Shown here piece by piece: positions 19,019-28,989 of a stretch of 64,000 nt of DNA. The position numbers and the translations under genes were made by a program. The stretch is from Candidatus Poriferihabitaceae bacterium (GTDB lineage Bacteria > Pseudomonadota > Gammaproteobacteria > Arenicellales > Poriferihabitantaceae), in assembly GCA_965206445.1 (NCBI GenBank), contig CBDBJR010000002.1, forward strand, positions 1,065,422 through 1,129,421. Reading direction: 5' to 3'. Positions within the stretch are counted from its first letter, which is position 1; the number at the start of each line of letters is the position of its first letter. The notes below the pieces were generated by a model. That model saw only the letters and a program-made list of their open reading frames with translations, searched no databases and was not told where the DNA came from.

Positions 19019-19864
19019 ATGATACATTCTGACTATGTTTATAACCGCGGCTATCGCGGAAAAATCAAAGGGGCTGTTTTAGACTGGAGCGGCACCGTCG
19101 CCGATGCGTATGTGATTGCGCCGGCGGTTGTTTTTATGGAGGTGTTTCGGCAGCACGGGGTAGACGTTTCCATGGCAGAAGCGCGCGAGCCGATGGGCCT
19201 GCGCAAGGATTTACACATCAAGGCAATGACCGAAATGCCGTCGGTGCGCGAACGCTGGAAATCGGTGCACGGATCATATCCCGAGCAGGCCGAGGTTGAC
19301 CGCATGTTCGCCGACTTCGTGCCGATGCAGTTGGCGTGTTTGCCGGAATACACCGACCTTTTGCCGGGGATAGCGCAAGTCACCCAGAAAATGCAAGGCA
19401 GCGGCGTCAAAATCGGCGTATCCACCGGTTTTATCCGTTCCATGGTTGATGTGCTGCACGCGGCGGCAAAAGAACAGGGCTTCCATCCCGATGCCACGGT
19501 CGCCGGTGATGAAGTGGAAAACGGCGCCCGCCCAAAACCGTTTATGTTATATCGCAATCTGGATTTGATGGATGTGCATCCGATCCAGGCGGTGGTCAAA
19601 GTGGACGACACGGTTTCCGGAGTGGGCGAAGGATTAGAGGGGGGCTGCTGGACAGTGGGGGTCGCTCGGTACAGCAATTACATGGACATCAGCACCATGG
19701 CCGAGGCTGACGCCATGCCCGAGACGGAAATCACACGGCGATTGAATCACACCCGCGAGCTCCTGCGTCGGTGCGGGGCGCACTATGTATTGGATAGCAT
19801 TGTAGATTTGCCGGAGGTCATTGAGGACATCAATCGACGCCTGGCACGCGGTGAGAAGCCGTAA
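19019..19864 (+). CDS. phnX: Phosphonoacetaldehyde hydrolase (phosphonatase, HAD family)
   Basis: 281 aa. [55 protein letters not shown] matches the PhnX N-terminus (DW.GT nucleophile motif and the cap-domain Lys region). Adjacent to phnW. Confidence 0.85.
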   Translation: MIHSDYVYNRGYRGKIKGAVLDWSGTVADAYVIAPAVVFMEVFRQHGVDVSMAEAREPMGLRKDLHIKAMTEMPSVRERWKSVHGSYPEQAEVDRMFADFVPMQLACLPEYTDLLPGIAQVTQKMQGSGVKIGVSTGFIRSMVDVLHAAAKEQGFHPDATVAGDEVENGARPKPFMLYRNLDLMDVHPIQAVVKVDDTVSGVGEGLEGGCWTVGVARYSNYMDISTMAEADAMPETEITRRLNHTRELLRRCGAHYVLDSIVDLPEVIEDINRRLARGEKP

Positions 19865-19977
19865 ATCGTGCCGCCTGTGACTGGCAGCGGCGCGGGCAAA
19901 AAATCAAATCCGGTTGGCGTATCAATGCTAAACCGATTTATACGGGTAAGGCCATCAAAATCCCATCCAATCCGTAT

Positions 19978-21060
19978 TTGTTGTTGACGCCGGGGCCGTT
20001 GTCTACCAGCGACGGCGTGCGAGCGGAAATGCTGCGTGATTGGTGCACCTGGGATGATGACTACAACATCGGCGTGGTGCAAAAAATCCGCCGGCGTCTG
20101 GTCGAACTGGCGGGCAAAGGAGACTATACCGCTGTATTGATGCAAGGCAGCGGCACCTTTGCGATGGAGTCGGTTATCGGCTCCTCGATTCCACGCGATG
20201 GAAAATTATTGTCGATTGTAAACGGAGCCTACGGACGGCGCATTGTCACGATTGCCGAGATGCTGGGTATTGCGGTTACGGTGATGGACGGCGGCGAGCG
20301 CTGGTATCCGAGCGGCGAAGAAGTTGCCGCCGTCCTTCGTGATGATAAAGCCATCAGCCATATTGCGGTCGTCCACGTGGAGACCACCACCGGCATGCTC
20401 AATCCGGTGTCCGACATTTGCGCCGCCGCCAAAGACGCAAATAAAGTTGCGATTGTCGATGCGATGAGTAGTTTTGGCGGCATCCCGATGGAGCTCGCCG
20501 CAATCGGGGCGGATTTTATGGTCAGTAGTGCAAACAAATGTTTGCAAGGAGTGCCGGGTTTTGGTTTTATCATTGCCGAGCGTGGCGCACTGTCGGCGAC
20601 CAAAGGACTGGCGCGCTCCCACAGTCTGGACCTGTATGACCAATGGAAGACCATGGAGGAGCAAAATGGCAAGTGGCGTTTTACCTCTCCGACCCACACG
20701 GTGCGCGCTTTCCTGCGCGCACTGGATGAGCTGCAAGCCGAGGGCGGTGTTGACGCGCGCTATGCACGTTATGCGCAAAACCACGACATTTTGGTGAGCG
20801 GTATGCGCGACCTGGGCTTCGCCACGCTGCTGCCTGACGCACATCAATCGCCGGTCATTACCGCTTTCCTCAATCCCGATTCCCCGGACTTTGAGTTTGT
20901 TCGGTTTTACGCCGCGTTGAAAAAAGCGAGGTTTGTTATTTACCCCGGCAAAGTGACCGATGCCGAGACGTTTCGCATCGGTAATATCGGCGACGTTCAT
21001 CCCGCCGACATGCACCGCTTGCTGGATGCCGTTGCCGCCGCCAGATATTGGGACAATTAA
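19978..21060 (+). CDS. phnW: 2-aminoethylphosphonate--pyruvate transaminase
   Basis: [28 protein letters not shown]... is the typical PhnW/class-V aminotransferase N-terminus, with [12 protein letters not shown] as the PLP-Lys region. TTG start at 19978 (no upstream in-frame ATG seen). Confidence 0.85.
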   Translation: MLLTPGPLSTSDGVRAEMLRDWCTWDDDYNIGVVQKIRRRLVELAGKGDYTAVLMQGSGTFAMESVIGSSIPRDGKLLSIVNGAYGRRIVTIAEMLGIAVTVMDGGERWYPSGEEVAAVLRDDKAISHIAVVHVETTTGMLNPVSDICAAAKDANKVAIVDAMSSFGGIPMELAAIGADFMVSSANKCLQGVPGFGFIIAERGALSATKGLARSHSLDLYDQWKTMEEQNGKWRFTSPTHTVRAFLRALDELQAEGGVDARYARYAQNHDILVSGMRDLGFATLLPDAHQSPVITAFLNPDSPDFEFVRFYAALKKARFVIYPGKVTDAETFRIGNIGDVHPADMHRLLDAVAAARYWDN

Positions 21061-21078
21061 CTCGCCGCCGATAAGGGG

Positions 21079-22212
21079 ATGAGCAAACACAACATCGACC
21101 CGGTAGACATTCAGCTCGGCGATGCGTTGCTGACGGTCACGTGGGCGGATGGGGTGCGTAAATCGTTTCACTCGATTTGGCTGCGTGACAACTGTCGATG
21201 CGCGCAATGCCGCCACCCCAACGGGCAAAAACTAACCAACATCAGTGCGTTTTCCGCCGATATCAGAGTTGTTTCGGCAGTGCGCGAAAATGGCGGGCTG
21301 CAACTTCAATTTTCCGCCGACAGGCACAGGGCGCAATTTGATTTTGCGTGGCTGCGAAATTCCCCCGCAGAAAACGCCCTGCCGCAGCCGGTTTTGTGGG
21401 ACACCGAATCGCTTGCCGTCGCCGATGTTGCCCGCGACTACGCCGTCGTCAACGCCGGCGGTAGCGCGCTTGGCGACTGGCTGGAGTCCATCGTGCGCTA
21501 TGGATTCGCCGTTTTGCGCGGCGTGCCGACCGAACCGGAAATGGTTTGCCGCATTGTGGACTGGTTTGGCTATGTGCGCGAGACCAACTATGGGCGGTCG
21601 TTTGAAGTGAAAGCGATTGCCGAGCCGAACAATCTCGCTTACACCAACATGGCGCTTTTCGTACACACCGACAACCCATACCGCGACCCGCCGCCCGGAT
21701 TACAGCTATTGCACTGCTTGCAAAATTCCATTGTCGGCGGCGACAACGTTGTGGTTGACGGCTTTATGGCGGCGAAGATTTTAGCCGAAGAAAACGCGGC
21801 GCATCATCACGAACTCTGCCGCCACGCCGTGCCGTTTCATTTTTGCGACAGCGGGGTCGATCTGCGCAGCCGCCTGCCGGTTTTGGATCTTGCCCCCAAT
21901 GGCGCCCCCAATGGAGCGGTCCACGCCGTCAATTTCAACCACCGCGCCATTGCGGCGCTGGACATGCCGCTGGCTGAACAACCAAAATACTACTCCGCCT
22001 ACCGCCATTTTTCCGCGATTCTGCAGCGCCCCAGACTCAACCTGCGGTTTAAGATGGCAAACGGCGACCTGTTTATCGTCGATAACCGTCGCGTGCTGCA
22101 CGGGCGCACCGAATTTGAGAGCGGTGGCGGTCGCCATTTGCAAGGTTGCTATGCCGACCGCGATGCGCTACTGTCCACTTGGAGAATGGTCCGCGACGAG
22201 GGCAGGCAATGA
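21079..22212 (+). CDS. Fe(II)/2-oxoglutarate dioxygenase, gamma-butyrobetaine-hydroxylase-like (TmpA-like / PhnY*-like phosphonate hydroxylase)
   Basis: 377 aa. N-terminal DUF971/GBBH-type Cys-cluster domain (LTVTWADGVRKSFHSIWLRDNCRCAQCRH). HxD...H triad (FVHTDNPY ... VLHGR). Translationally coupled to an HD-domain gene inside a phosphonate locus. Confidence 0.7.
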   Translation: MSKHNIDPVDIQLGDALLTVTWADGVRKSFHSIWLRDNCRCAQCRHPNGQKLTNISAFSADIRVVSAVRENGGLQLQFSADRHRAQFDFAWLRNSPAENALPQPVLWDTESLAVADVARDYAVVNAGGSALGDWLESIVRYGFAVLRGVPTEPEMVCRIVDWFGYVRETNYGRSFEVKAIAEPNNLAYTNMALFVHTDNPYRDPPPGLQLLHCLQNSIVGGDNVVVDGFMAAKILAEENAAHHHELCRHAVPFHFCDSGVDLRSRLPVLDLAPNGAPNGAVHAVNFNHRAIAALDMPLAEQPKYYSAYRHFSAILQRPRLNLRFKMANGDLFIVDNRRVLHGRTEFESGGGRHLQGCYADRDALLSTWRMVRDEGRQ

Positions 22213-22772
22213 GACCGACACACGATACCGCTTTGGAGTACATCCATGCGCTATTTGATGCGCGGGGCGCGGACGCCTATTTTGGCGAAGACGTAACCAT
22301 AGCCGAGCACATGCTGCAAACCGCCCACTTCGCCGAACAGGGCGGCGCCGAGGAAACGCTGGTTGTCGCCGCGCTGCTGCACGATGTCGGGCACCTCAAC
22401 AGCGAGTTTGGCGATGACTATATTGAGCAGGGCGTGGATAACCGGCACGAGAATGCGGGCAGCATCGCGCTGTCGCCGTTCTTTCCGCAGGCGGTTACCG
22501 AGCCGATTCGCCTGCATGTCGCTGCTAAAAAATACTTGTGCGCGACGGCCCCGGTGTATTATAAAAACCTGTCCGACGCATCCAAACGCACGCTGGAACT
22601 GCAGGGCGGCGTGATGAACGAGGCGCAGCAGCGCGAGTTTGAAAGCAATGCGTATTCCGAGGCGGCGGTAAAACTGCGTTATTGGGACGATGCCGGCAAA
22701 ATCCCGGGGCTGCGAGCAGCAGAGTTAGAGCATTACCACGCAATGATCGAGCGAGTGCAAACAACACGATGA
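22209..22772 (+). CDS. HD-domain mixed-valent diiron oxygenase-like protein (PhnZ/TmpB-like C-P bond-cleaving enzyme)
   Basis: 187 aa. HMLQTAHFAEQ...VVAALLHDVGH (HD motif). Size and context match PhnZ/TmpB. ATGA overlap with the dioxygenase gene. Confidence 0.7.
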   Translation: MRPTHDTALEYIHALFDARGADAYFGEDVTIAEHMLQTAHFAEQGGAEETLVVAALLHDVGHLNSEFGDDYIEQGVDNRHENAGSIALSPFFPQAVTEPIRLHVAAKKYLCATAPVYYKNLSDASKRTLELQGGVMNEAQQREFESNAYSEAAVKLRYWDDAGKIPGLRAAELEHYHAMIERVQTTR

Positions 22773-22923
22773 ATGCCGCCTGTTTCCGGAAATTCGACTA
22801 TACATTCGTCATGATTGCCATTGGCATGATCACTGCAATCTGGGTCACCCGGAACAGGGCGGCGCCGATTACAGACCGTTTTACACTTTTTTTTTTTCAA
22901 CACACTACTATGAGGACAAAGCC

Positions 22924-23961
22924 ATGAGAAATTTCTTCACTTCAATTCGCCGAGCAGGATTTGCCTGCGCGTTGCTGGTCTCCGCCCTGGCGGTCGCCCC
23001 GCTGGCATTAGCGGAAGAGCTGCTGGTGTATACGGCAATAGAGGCCGATACGTTGGAGGAGTACAAAAACACCTTCAACCAGGCGCACCCTGATATTGAT
23101 ATCACTTTTGTGCGCGATTCCACCGGCATTATTACCGCCAGACTGCTTGCGGAAAAAGACAATCCGCACGCCGATGTTGTCTGGGGACTGGCGGCGACCA
23201 GTTTGCTGGTGCTGGGAAACGAAGGCATGCTGCATCCTTACGCCCCCCAGGGCGTGGATAAGCTGGATGCCAAGTTTGTTGACAAAAGCGATCCGCCGGT
23301 GTGGACCGGTATGGATGCGTGGGTGGCATCCATCTGTTACAACACCATCGAGGCGAAAAAGCACAATCTGCCCAAACCGACTTCGTGGAAGGATTTGCTT
23401 CAGCCCGTATATAAAGGGCATTTGATTATGCCCAATCCGGCGTCTTCCGGCACGGGGTTTCTCGATGTATCGAGCTGGCTGCAACTGTTCGGTGAAAGCG
23501 GCGGCTGGGAATATATGGACGGCTTGCACGCAAACATCGCCCGCTACACGCACTCCGGTTCCAAGCCATGCAAACTGGCGGCATCCGGTGAAATTCCGAT
23601 CGGCATCTCGTTTGCGTATCGTGCGGCGAAATCCAAAAATGCAGGGGCGCCGCTGGACATCGTCATTCCGTCCGAAGGCATTGGCTGGGACCTGGAAGCC
23701 AGCGCAATCATCAAGGGCACCGGAAAACTGGCGGCCGCAAAAAAACTGGTTGACTGGTCCATTTCCGAAGAAGCCAACCGCATGTATAACAAGTATTATG
23801 CGGTGGTCGGGTATCCCGGGGTTGCGGCAGAGGTCAAAAACTATCCGCCCAACGTCGCCGCGAAAATGATCGAAAATGATTTTGCCTGGGCCGCCAACAA
23901 CAGGAAAAAAATCCTGGCGGAATGGAGCAAACGGTATGATGGTAAGTCGGATCCCAAGTGA
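22924..23961 (+). CDS. phnS: 2-aminoethylphosphonate-type ABC transporter substrate-binding protein (iron/AfuA-like fold)
   Basis: 345 aa with Sec signal (ACALLVSALAVAPLALA). Body resembles the AfuA/PhnS family. First gene of the SBP-ATPase-fused-permease trio next to phnWX. Confidence 0.7.
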   Translation: MRNFFTSIRRAGFACALLVSALAVAPLALAEELLVYTAIEADTLEEYKNTFNQAHPDIDITFVRDSTGIITARLLAEKDNPHADVVWGLAATSLLVLGNEGMLHPYAPQGVDKLDAKFVDKSDPPVWTGMDAWVASICYNTIEAKKHNLPKPTSWKDLLQPVYKGHLIMPNPASSGTGFLDVSSWLQLFGESGGWEYMDGLHANIARYTHSGSKPCKLAASGEIPIGISFAYRAAKSKNAGAPLDIVIPSEGIGWDLEASAIIKGTGKLAAAKKLVDWSISEEANRMYNKYYAVVGYPGVAAEVKNYPPNVAAKMIENDFAWAANNRKKILAEWSKRYDGKSDPK

Positions 23962-25052
23962 CTGCATCGCCCTCGTCATTGGACAGTGAAGATAGTTTCC
24001 TGATCCTTGACAGCCTGGTTAAAAAATTCGGTCCGGAGATTGCCGCGTTAAGCGGCGTCTCCTTATCGATTCGCCGGGGTGAGTTTGTTTGTTTTTTAGG
24101 CCCATCGGGATGCGGTAAGACGACATTGCTGCGTCTTATCGCGGGCCTGGATTATCAGACCTCGGGGCGCATCTGGCAGGGTGGGCGCGATATTTCCTGG
24201 CTGCCGCCGCAGCATCGTGACTTTGGAATTGTTTTTCAATCCTATGCGTTGTTTCCCAATCTGACCGTAGCGGACAACATCAGCTACGGACTGGTTAACC
24301 AAAAAGCGAAAAAAGAAACGATTGCCGGGCGGGTTGACGAACTGCTGCAACTCGTTAATTTGTCTGCGCACCGGCATAAATATCCCTGGCAATTATCCGG
24401 TGGCGAACAACAGCGGGTTGCCCTGGTTCGGGCGCTTGCGATTTCACCGTCATTACTGCTGCTGGACGAGCCGTTATCGGCGCTGGATACGCAGGTGCGC
24501 GCCTATCTGCGCACCGAAATCCGGGCGCTGCAAAAACACCTGGGGGTCACGACCATCATGGTCACGCACGACCAGGAGGAGGCGATGACCATGGCCGACC
24601 GCGTGGTGGTGATTGACCGTGGCAGCATAAAACAAATCGGCACACCGGAAGAAATTTATCGAAATCCCGCTGATGTTTTTGTTGCCGGTTTTATCGGGGT
24701 CATCAACCTGCTGCCTTGTCGCGTGGTTGAGGACGGGGCAGTCGAAATTTGCGGCATCAAATTGCATTGTCCGGGTGCCTCGGGGGCAGGCAAGGAAGCA
24801 CAAATCGCCATCCGGCCGGAGGACATAATCGTGCACGCCAAAGCGCCCGCCAACAACGGCCTTGCCGTTTGCGTGGAAAAAATCGAGTTTCTCGGCGCAT
24901 TTTCCCGAGTGCATCTGGCGCACCGGGACGGGCCGGTTTTTATTGCCGATTGCGCACGGAGTATGATGCACGATTTTCCCGCCGCCCAAGGGCAAACCGT
25001 GCACATAAGCATTCTGCCCGAGCACCTTCGTTTATACCCTGCCGCATCATAA
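23958..25052 (+). CDS. phnT: 2-aminoethylphosphonate-type ABC transporter ATP-binding protein
   Basis: GPSGCGKTT, LSGGEQQRVALVRAL, LLLLDEPLSALD, MVTHDQEEA, plus a C-terminal TOBE-like domain. GTG start overlaps the previous stop. Confidence 0.8.
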   Translation: MTASPSSLDSEDSFLILDSLVKKFGPEIAALSGVSLSIRRGEFVCFLGPSGCGKTTLLRLIAGLDYQTSGRIWQGGRDISWLPPQHRDFGIVFQSYALFPNLTVADNISYGLVNQKAKKETIAGRVDELLQLVNLSAHRHKYPWQLSGGEQQRVALVRALAISPSLLLLDEPLSALDTQVRAYLRTEIRALQKHLGVTTIMVTHDQEEAMTMADRVVVIDRGSIKQIGTPEEIYRNPADVFVAGFIGVINLLPCRVVEDGAVEICGIKLHCPGASGAGKEAQIAIRPEDIIVHAKAPANNGLAVCVEKIEFLGAFSRVHLAHRDGPVFIADCARSMMHDFPAAQGQTVHISILPEHLRLYPAAS

Positions 25053-25107
25053 AGCGGCCAATACCGGGTATTTCTCTCGTGTTGACTCTCTTGTCGTTGA
25101 TCCTCTT

Positions 25108-26802
25108 GTGTTAGGCCGGCACTATTGGCGCGGCGTGTTGCGGGCATACGGCAATCAGCCGTGGTCGTGGGTCGCGCTGGTGGTTGTCGCGGTGGGCATG
25201 TTTGTGACGATTGTCATGCCGCTCTACAGCATGCTGATCAAGAGCGTGCAAGACCGTACCGGCGCATTTATCGGGATGGGTAATTTTGCCGAGTACCTGC
25301 AAAACCCGGCGCTGTTTAACTCGATTTTCAATTCGCTGTTCGTTGCGGTGTCGGCTACCGTGATCGCCGTCGTGCTGGCGTTTCTGTATGCGTATGCTCT
25401 GACCAGAACCCGCATCCCGGGGAAAAATGTATTTGGCGCGATTGCAATTATCCCGTTGTTATCGCCGTCGCTGTTGCAGGCCATCAGTCTGATTTACCTG
25501 TTTGGCAATCAAGGCATCATAAACGAAGTGCTGCAGGGGCGCAGCATATACGGGCCGATTGGAATTATTGCCGGGCTGTCAATGTGGTCGTTTCCGATGG
25601 CGTTGATCATTATCAAAGCATCGATGTCGGCCAGCGATGGGCGGCTGTATGAATCCGCCATCTCGATGCGGACCGGCGCGGTGCGGGTGTTTTTTACTAT
25701 CACGCTGCCCGGCGTCAAATACGGGCTGATTAGCTCTTTGTTTGTCATCTTTACGCTCACCTTTACCGACTTTGGTGTGGCAAAAGTAATCGGCGGCAAT
25801 TATCAGGTGCTGTCAACCGATTTGTTCAAACAAGTCATCGGCCAGCAAAATTTTCAAATGGGTGCGGTAGTCGGCTTGATGTTGTTGCTGCCGGCGGTGT
25901 TGTCTTTTTTAGTCGACCGGCATGCGCAACGAAAACAAATATCCATGTTCAGCTCCCGCTCGGTTCCTTATGTGCCGCGTCAGAATAAGCTGCGGGACGG
26001 CGTGTATTTTGTATATTGCTCGCTAATCGCTTTTGTGCTTGTCGGCGTGCTGGCTATATCGGCATTTGCGTCGCTGGTGGCATTCTGGCCCTACAACATG
26101 AGCATTTCACTCGCCAACTACAACTTCGACATTATGGACGGCGGCGGTTGGGGCGCCTACTACAATTCCATCGTCATGTCGTTTGGGGTTGCTATATTTG
26201 GCACCGTTTTTATTTTTATTACCGCCTATCTGGTCGAAAAGATTCGCAGTTTTCCCGTATTGCGCGCATCGATACAATTGCTGGCACTGCTGCCGATGGC
26301 TGTGCCCGGTTTGGTTTTAGGGCTGTCTTACATTTTCTTTTTTAACGCCCCCGGCAATCCGCTGCATTTTTTATACGGCGGCATGGCAATTCTTGTTATC
26401 AGCAGCATCGTCCATTACTACAGTGTCGGCTATCTAACCTCGATTGCTGCTTTGAAACAAATCGACCCCGAATATGAATCTGTCGGCGCCTCGCTAAAAG
26501 TGCCGATGTACAAAACATTTTTTCGAGTCAGTATGCCATTGTGCCTGCCGGCGATTTTCGATGTCTCCACCTATCTGTTCATGACCGCAATGACCACGGT
26601 ATCCGCCGTTATATTTCTGTATTCTCCCCGTACCCAACTGGCCTCTATTGCGGTGATTAATATGGAAGGCGCGGGCGACGTTGCGCCGGCCGCCGCGATG
26701 GCGATGATTATTGTGCTGACCACCGCATCGATTCGTATTTTGCACTGGGGCTTGACGCGAAAAATCAGCGCCCGCCTGCTGGCGTGGAGCGGGCAAAAAT
26801 AA
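25108..26802 (+). CDS. 2-aminoethylphosphonate-type ABC transporter permease (fused double-domain, PhnU/PhnV-like, FbpB-type)
   Basis: 564-aa, ~12-TM protein with two permease halves. GTG start. Confidence 0.8.
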   Translation: MLGRHYWRGVLRAYGNQPWSWVALVVVAVGMFVTIVMPLYSMLIKSVQDRTGAFIGMGNFAEYLQNPALFNSIFNSLFVAVSATVIAVVLAFLYAYALTRTRIPGKNVFGAIAIIPLLSPSLLQAISLIYLFGNQGIINEVLQGRSIYGPIGIIAGLSMWSFPMALIIIKASMSASDGRLYESAISMRTGAVRVFFTITLPGVKYGLISSLFVIFTLTFTDFGVAKVIGGNYQVLSTDLFKQVIGQQNFQMGAVVGLMLLLPAVLSFLVDRHAQRKQISMFSSRSVPYVPRQNKLRDGVYFVYCSLIAFVLVGVLAISAFASLVAFWPYNMSISLANYNFDIMDGGGWGAYYNSIVMSFGVAIFGTVFIFITAYLVEKIRSFPVLRASIQLLALLPMAVPGLVLGLSYIFFFNAPGNPLHFLYGGMAILVISSIVHYYSVGYLTSIAALKQIDPEYESVGASLKVPMYKTFFRVSMPLCLPAIFDVSTYLFMTAMTTVSAVIFLYSPRTQLASIAVINMEGAGDVAPAAAMAMIIVLTTASIRILHWGLTRKISARLLAWSGQK

Positions 26803-26849
26803 ACCGAATAGTGCTATCAAATCGCTATTCACCATCGGCCAAATAGAGT

Positions 26850-27737
26850 ATGCCGCTTTCACACGCACATCTGCGCTCCTTTCACGCGGTCGCTACCCAG
26901 GGCAGTTTCACCAAAGCGGCGGAGATACTGCACATCACCCAGCCGACGCTGTCGGGGCAGGTCAAGGAGCTGGAAAAAAGATACGGCGTAAAGCTGTTCA
27001 GCCGCCACGGCCGCCGGGTTGAGTTGACCGAGCTGGGGCGCGCTGCTCTGGCGATAACCAGCCAGCTGTTTCACTACCAGGAAGAAGTCGAACAATTGCT
27101 GCTGTCGGCGCGCGGGCTGACGACCGGCGGGCTCAGGGTAGGGGCCGATTCACCCTATATTATTACCCCGCTGCTGGCGCGGTTTCAGCGGCGCTATCCC
27201 GGCATTCAGATTTCCATACAGTATGGCAATTCCGAGCAGGTGATGAAATGGCTTGAACTCGGACGCTGCGATATCGCCATCGTGCCGAACGCACCGATGG
27301 AGGACGATCGGCTGGACGCCCTGCCGCTGGCATCGGATCAACTGGTGTTGTTCGTCTCCGGCGAACACCCGTGGGCGGCGCGCCGCACGGTGGCCATCGA
27401 AGACCTGGTCGGGCAGCGAATCATCCTGCGGGAGCCGGGCTCGCGCACCCGCGCAATTTTTGAGACAGCCTTGTCCGAGTGCGGCGTGCAGCTGACCGAG
27501 CGCATGGAAATCGGCAGTCGAGAAGGCGTACGCGAAGCGGTGGCGGCCGGATTTGGCGTCGGTGTGGTCTCGGAAAAAGAATTGGGCGGCGACCTCCGGT
27601 TCCGCACCCTCAAAATAACCAACGTCGACCTGACCCACTCGGAATTCGCCATTTGCCGCAAGCAGGGCCGCGCGGTGCGGGTAACCGGTGCGTTTTTTGA
27701 ATTGGTCGCAGAGAGTGTCGGTCGGGACGTAAAATAA
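26850..27737 (+). CDS. LysR-family transcriptional regulator (probable phosphonate-locus regulator)
   Basis: MPLSHAHLRSFHAVATQGSFTKAAEILHITQPTLSGQVKELEKRYGVKLFSRHGRRVELTELG is an HTH_1 domain, followed by a LysR substrate-binding domain. Confidence 0.9.
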   Translation: MPLSHAHLRSFHAVATQGSFTKAAEILHITQPTLSGQVKELEKRYGVKLFSRHGRRVELTELGRAALAITSQLFHYQEEVEQLLLSARGLTTGGLRVGADSPYIITPLLARFQRRYPGIQISIQYGNSEQVMKWLELGRCDIAIVPNAPMEDDRLDALPLASDQLVLFVSGEHPWAARRTVAIEDLVGQRIILREPGSRTRAIFETALSECGVQLTERMEIGSREGVREAVAAGFGVGVVSEKELGGDLRFRTLKITNVDLTHSEFAICRKQGRAVRVTGAFFELVAESVGRDVK

Positions 27738-27826
27738 GCCCCCTTGTGTCGAGTAGTCCTTGCCTCGGCCTGCAAACCCCACTGCAATGCGGCTTTCAGC
27801 AACTGGTTGATTGCCAAAGGTGCCGG
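27651..27826 (+). repeat. Direct repeat copy A (last ~87 bp of the LysR gene + IS right-end fragment)
   Basis: Aligns by eye with 31901-32075 (offset ~4250 bp, ~90% identity, one 3-nt and one 2-nt indel). Confidence 0.85.
27750..27826 (+). mobile_element. IS right-end fragment (truncated a few bp before the terminus)
   Basis: GCCTCGGCCTGCAAACCCCACTGCAATGCGGCTTTCAGCAACTGGTTGATTGCCAAAGGTGCCGG, cf. intact IS ...GCCTCGGTCTGCAAACTCCGATACAATTCGGCTTCCAACAACTGCCACAGTGCCAAAGGTATTGG. Confidence 0.6.
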
Positions 27827-27891
27827 TTCAATGTGTTCGAATTCGCTGCGGGGGTTAGCCCGCCGCTTTCTTATTGCATTTTATTTATGCC

Positions 27892-28875
27892 TCATTTGCT
27901 ATGCCTTCGGGCGATGAATTGGGCATGCGCCGCTTCGCCGCCGTTGTGCCAGGTGCCGAATAATTGATCCAACGGTGCGCGTGGATTGCCATAGTTGACC
28001 ATGAAGTAACGGTGGTGCAACTGATGGTGGTGGGTGCCGGCGGGAAACACACAACGCTTGCCGATTTTCACTTTCGCAAACCCGCAGTGTGAGAATGCCG
28101 GACCCAGCCCCGTAAAAAATCCGGTGGCAATGATGAGAATGGGGTCGACGGGTATCACCCACCACAACATCACCGGGCTGAAATACAGTACATGCTCAAG
28201 CGGGTGCATGGAAATCCCCGACCATGGACCCACATTCACATTGCGGTGATGCAACGCATGAGCGATGCGATACAGAGGCGGCCAGTGCAGGCAACGATGA
28301 ATCCAGTAGAAATGAAATGAGCCCCAGAAAAACATCACCAGAGTCATGCCCAGCAGATATCCGCTATGCGAATTCCAAGCGGGGGCGTGAATGCCGCCGC
28401 TGGCAACCCACCACAGCGTCATCGCTTCGTATAGCGACCAGATCAAACTACCGCTTACCAGGCTCCAGAACATATTATCCTTTACTTGATTGCCCCACAA
28501 AAAGGCGGGATTTTTCTTATGCAACCAGCGATCGTTAAATTTGAATTGCTTAGCCTGTCCGCGGCGGATATACAGATACCAATGTAATCCGCCCGCCACC
28601 AAACCGAGCAAGATCGCATTGCGCAGCCAAATCATGAGCATCCAACCCGGTTGCAAGCTGCTCATTACGGATAAGTCCGGCGTCAGAAATTTCCAACTCA
28701 ACGCCGCCAGTCCGAGAAAAAAGAGGCCATACGGGAAGACCAAATCTCTCCAGATCCACAGCAAACAGGCTTTGCACCGTAGCGGTAAGGAATAAATGGG
28801 TGGTAGCGATTCGGGCGACGGACGATATTCACCACCGAGGATAGAGGTATTTTCAAGTGTTTTGATGGTCAACAT
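27892..28875 (-). CDS. Fatty acid hydroxylase / sterol desaturase family membrane protein
   Basis: 327 aa, multi-TM, with His boxes HRCLHWPPLYRIAHALHHRNV and HHQLHHRYF. Confidence 0.8.
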   Translation of the reverse strand: MLTIKTLENTSILGGEYRPSPESLPPIYSLPLRCKACLLWIWRDLVFPYGLFFLGLAALSWKFLTPDLSVMSSLQPGWMLMIWLRNAILLGLVAGGLHWYLYIRRGQAKQFKFNDRWLHKKNPAFLWGNQVKDNMFWSLVSGSLIWSLYEAMTLWWVASGGIHAPAWNSHSGYLLGMTLVMFFWGSFHFYWIHRCLHWPPLYRIAHALHHRNVNVGPWSGISMHPLEHVLYFSPVMLWWVIPVDPILIIATGFFTGLGPAFSHCGFAKVKIGKRCVFPAGTHHHQLHHRYFMVNYGNPRAPLDQLFGTWHNGGEAAHAQFIARRHSK

Positions 28876-28931
28876 AATTCACCCCCGTTGGTGAGTTGGT
28901 TGATAAAAATGGTTTATTAAAAAATAACCTA

Positions 28932-28970
28932 TAAAAGCGGCGGCGATTATGCCAACCCACCGCCGCTTTT
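28932..28970 (-). terminator. Hairpin terminator between the GMC oxidoreductase and desaturase genes (symmetrical, could act in both directions)
   Basis: AAAAGCGGCGG-cgattatgccaaccca-CCGCCGCTTTTT: 11-bp stem flanked by A and T runs, 20 nt downstream of the GMC stop. Confidence 0.6.
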
Positions 28971-28989
28971 TAGTAACGCTAACTCGCGA

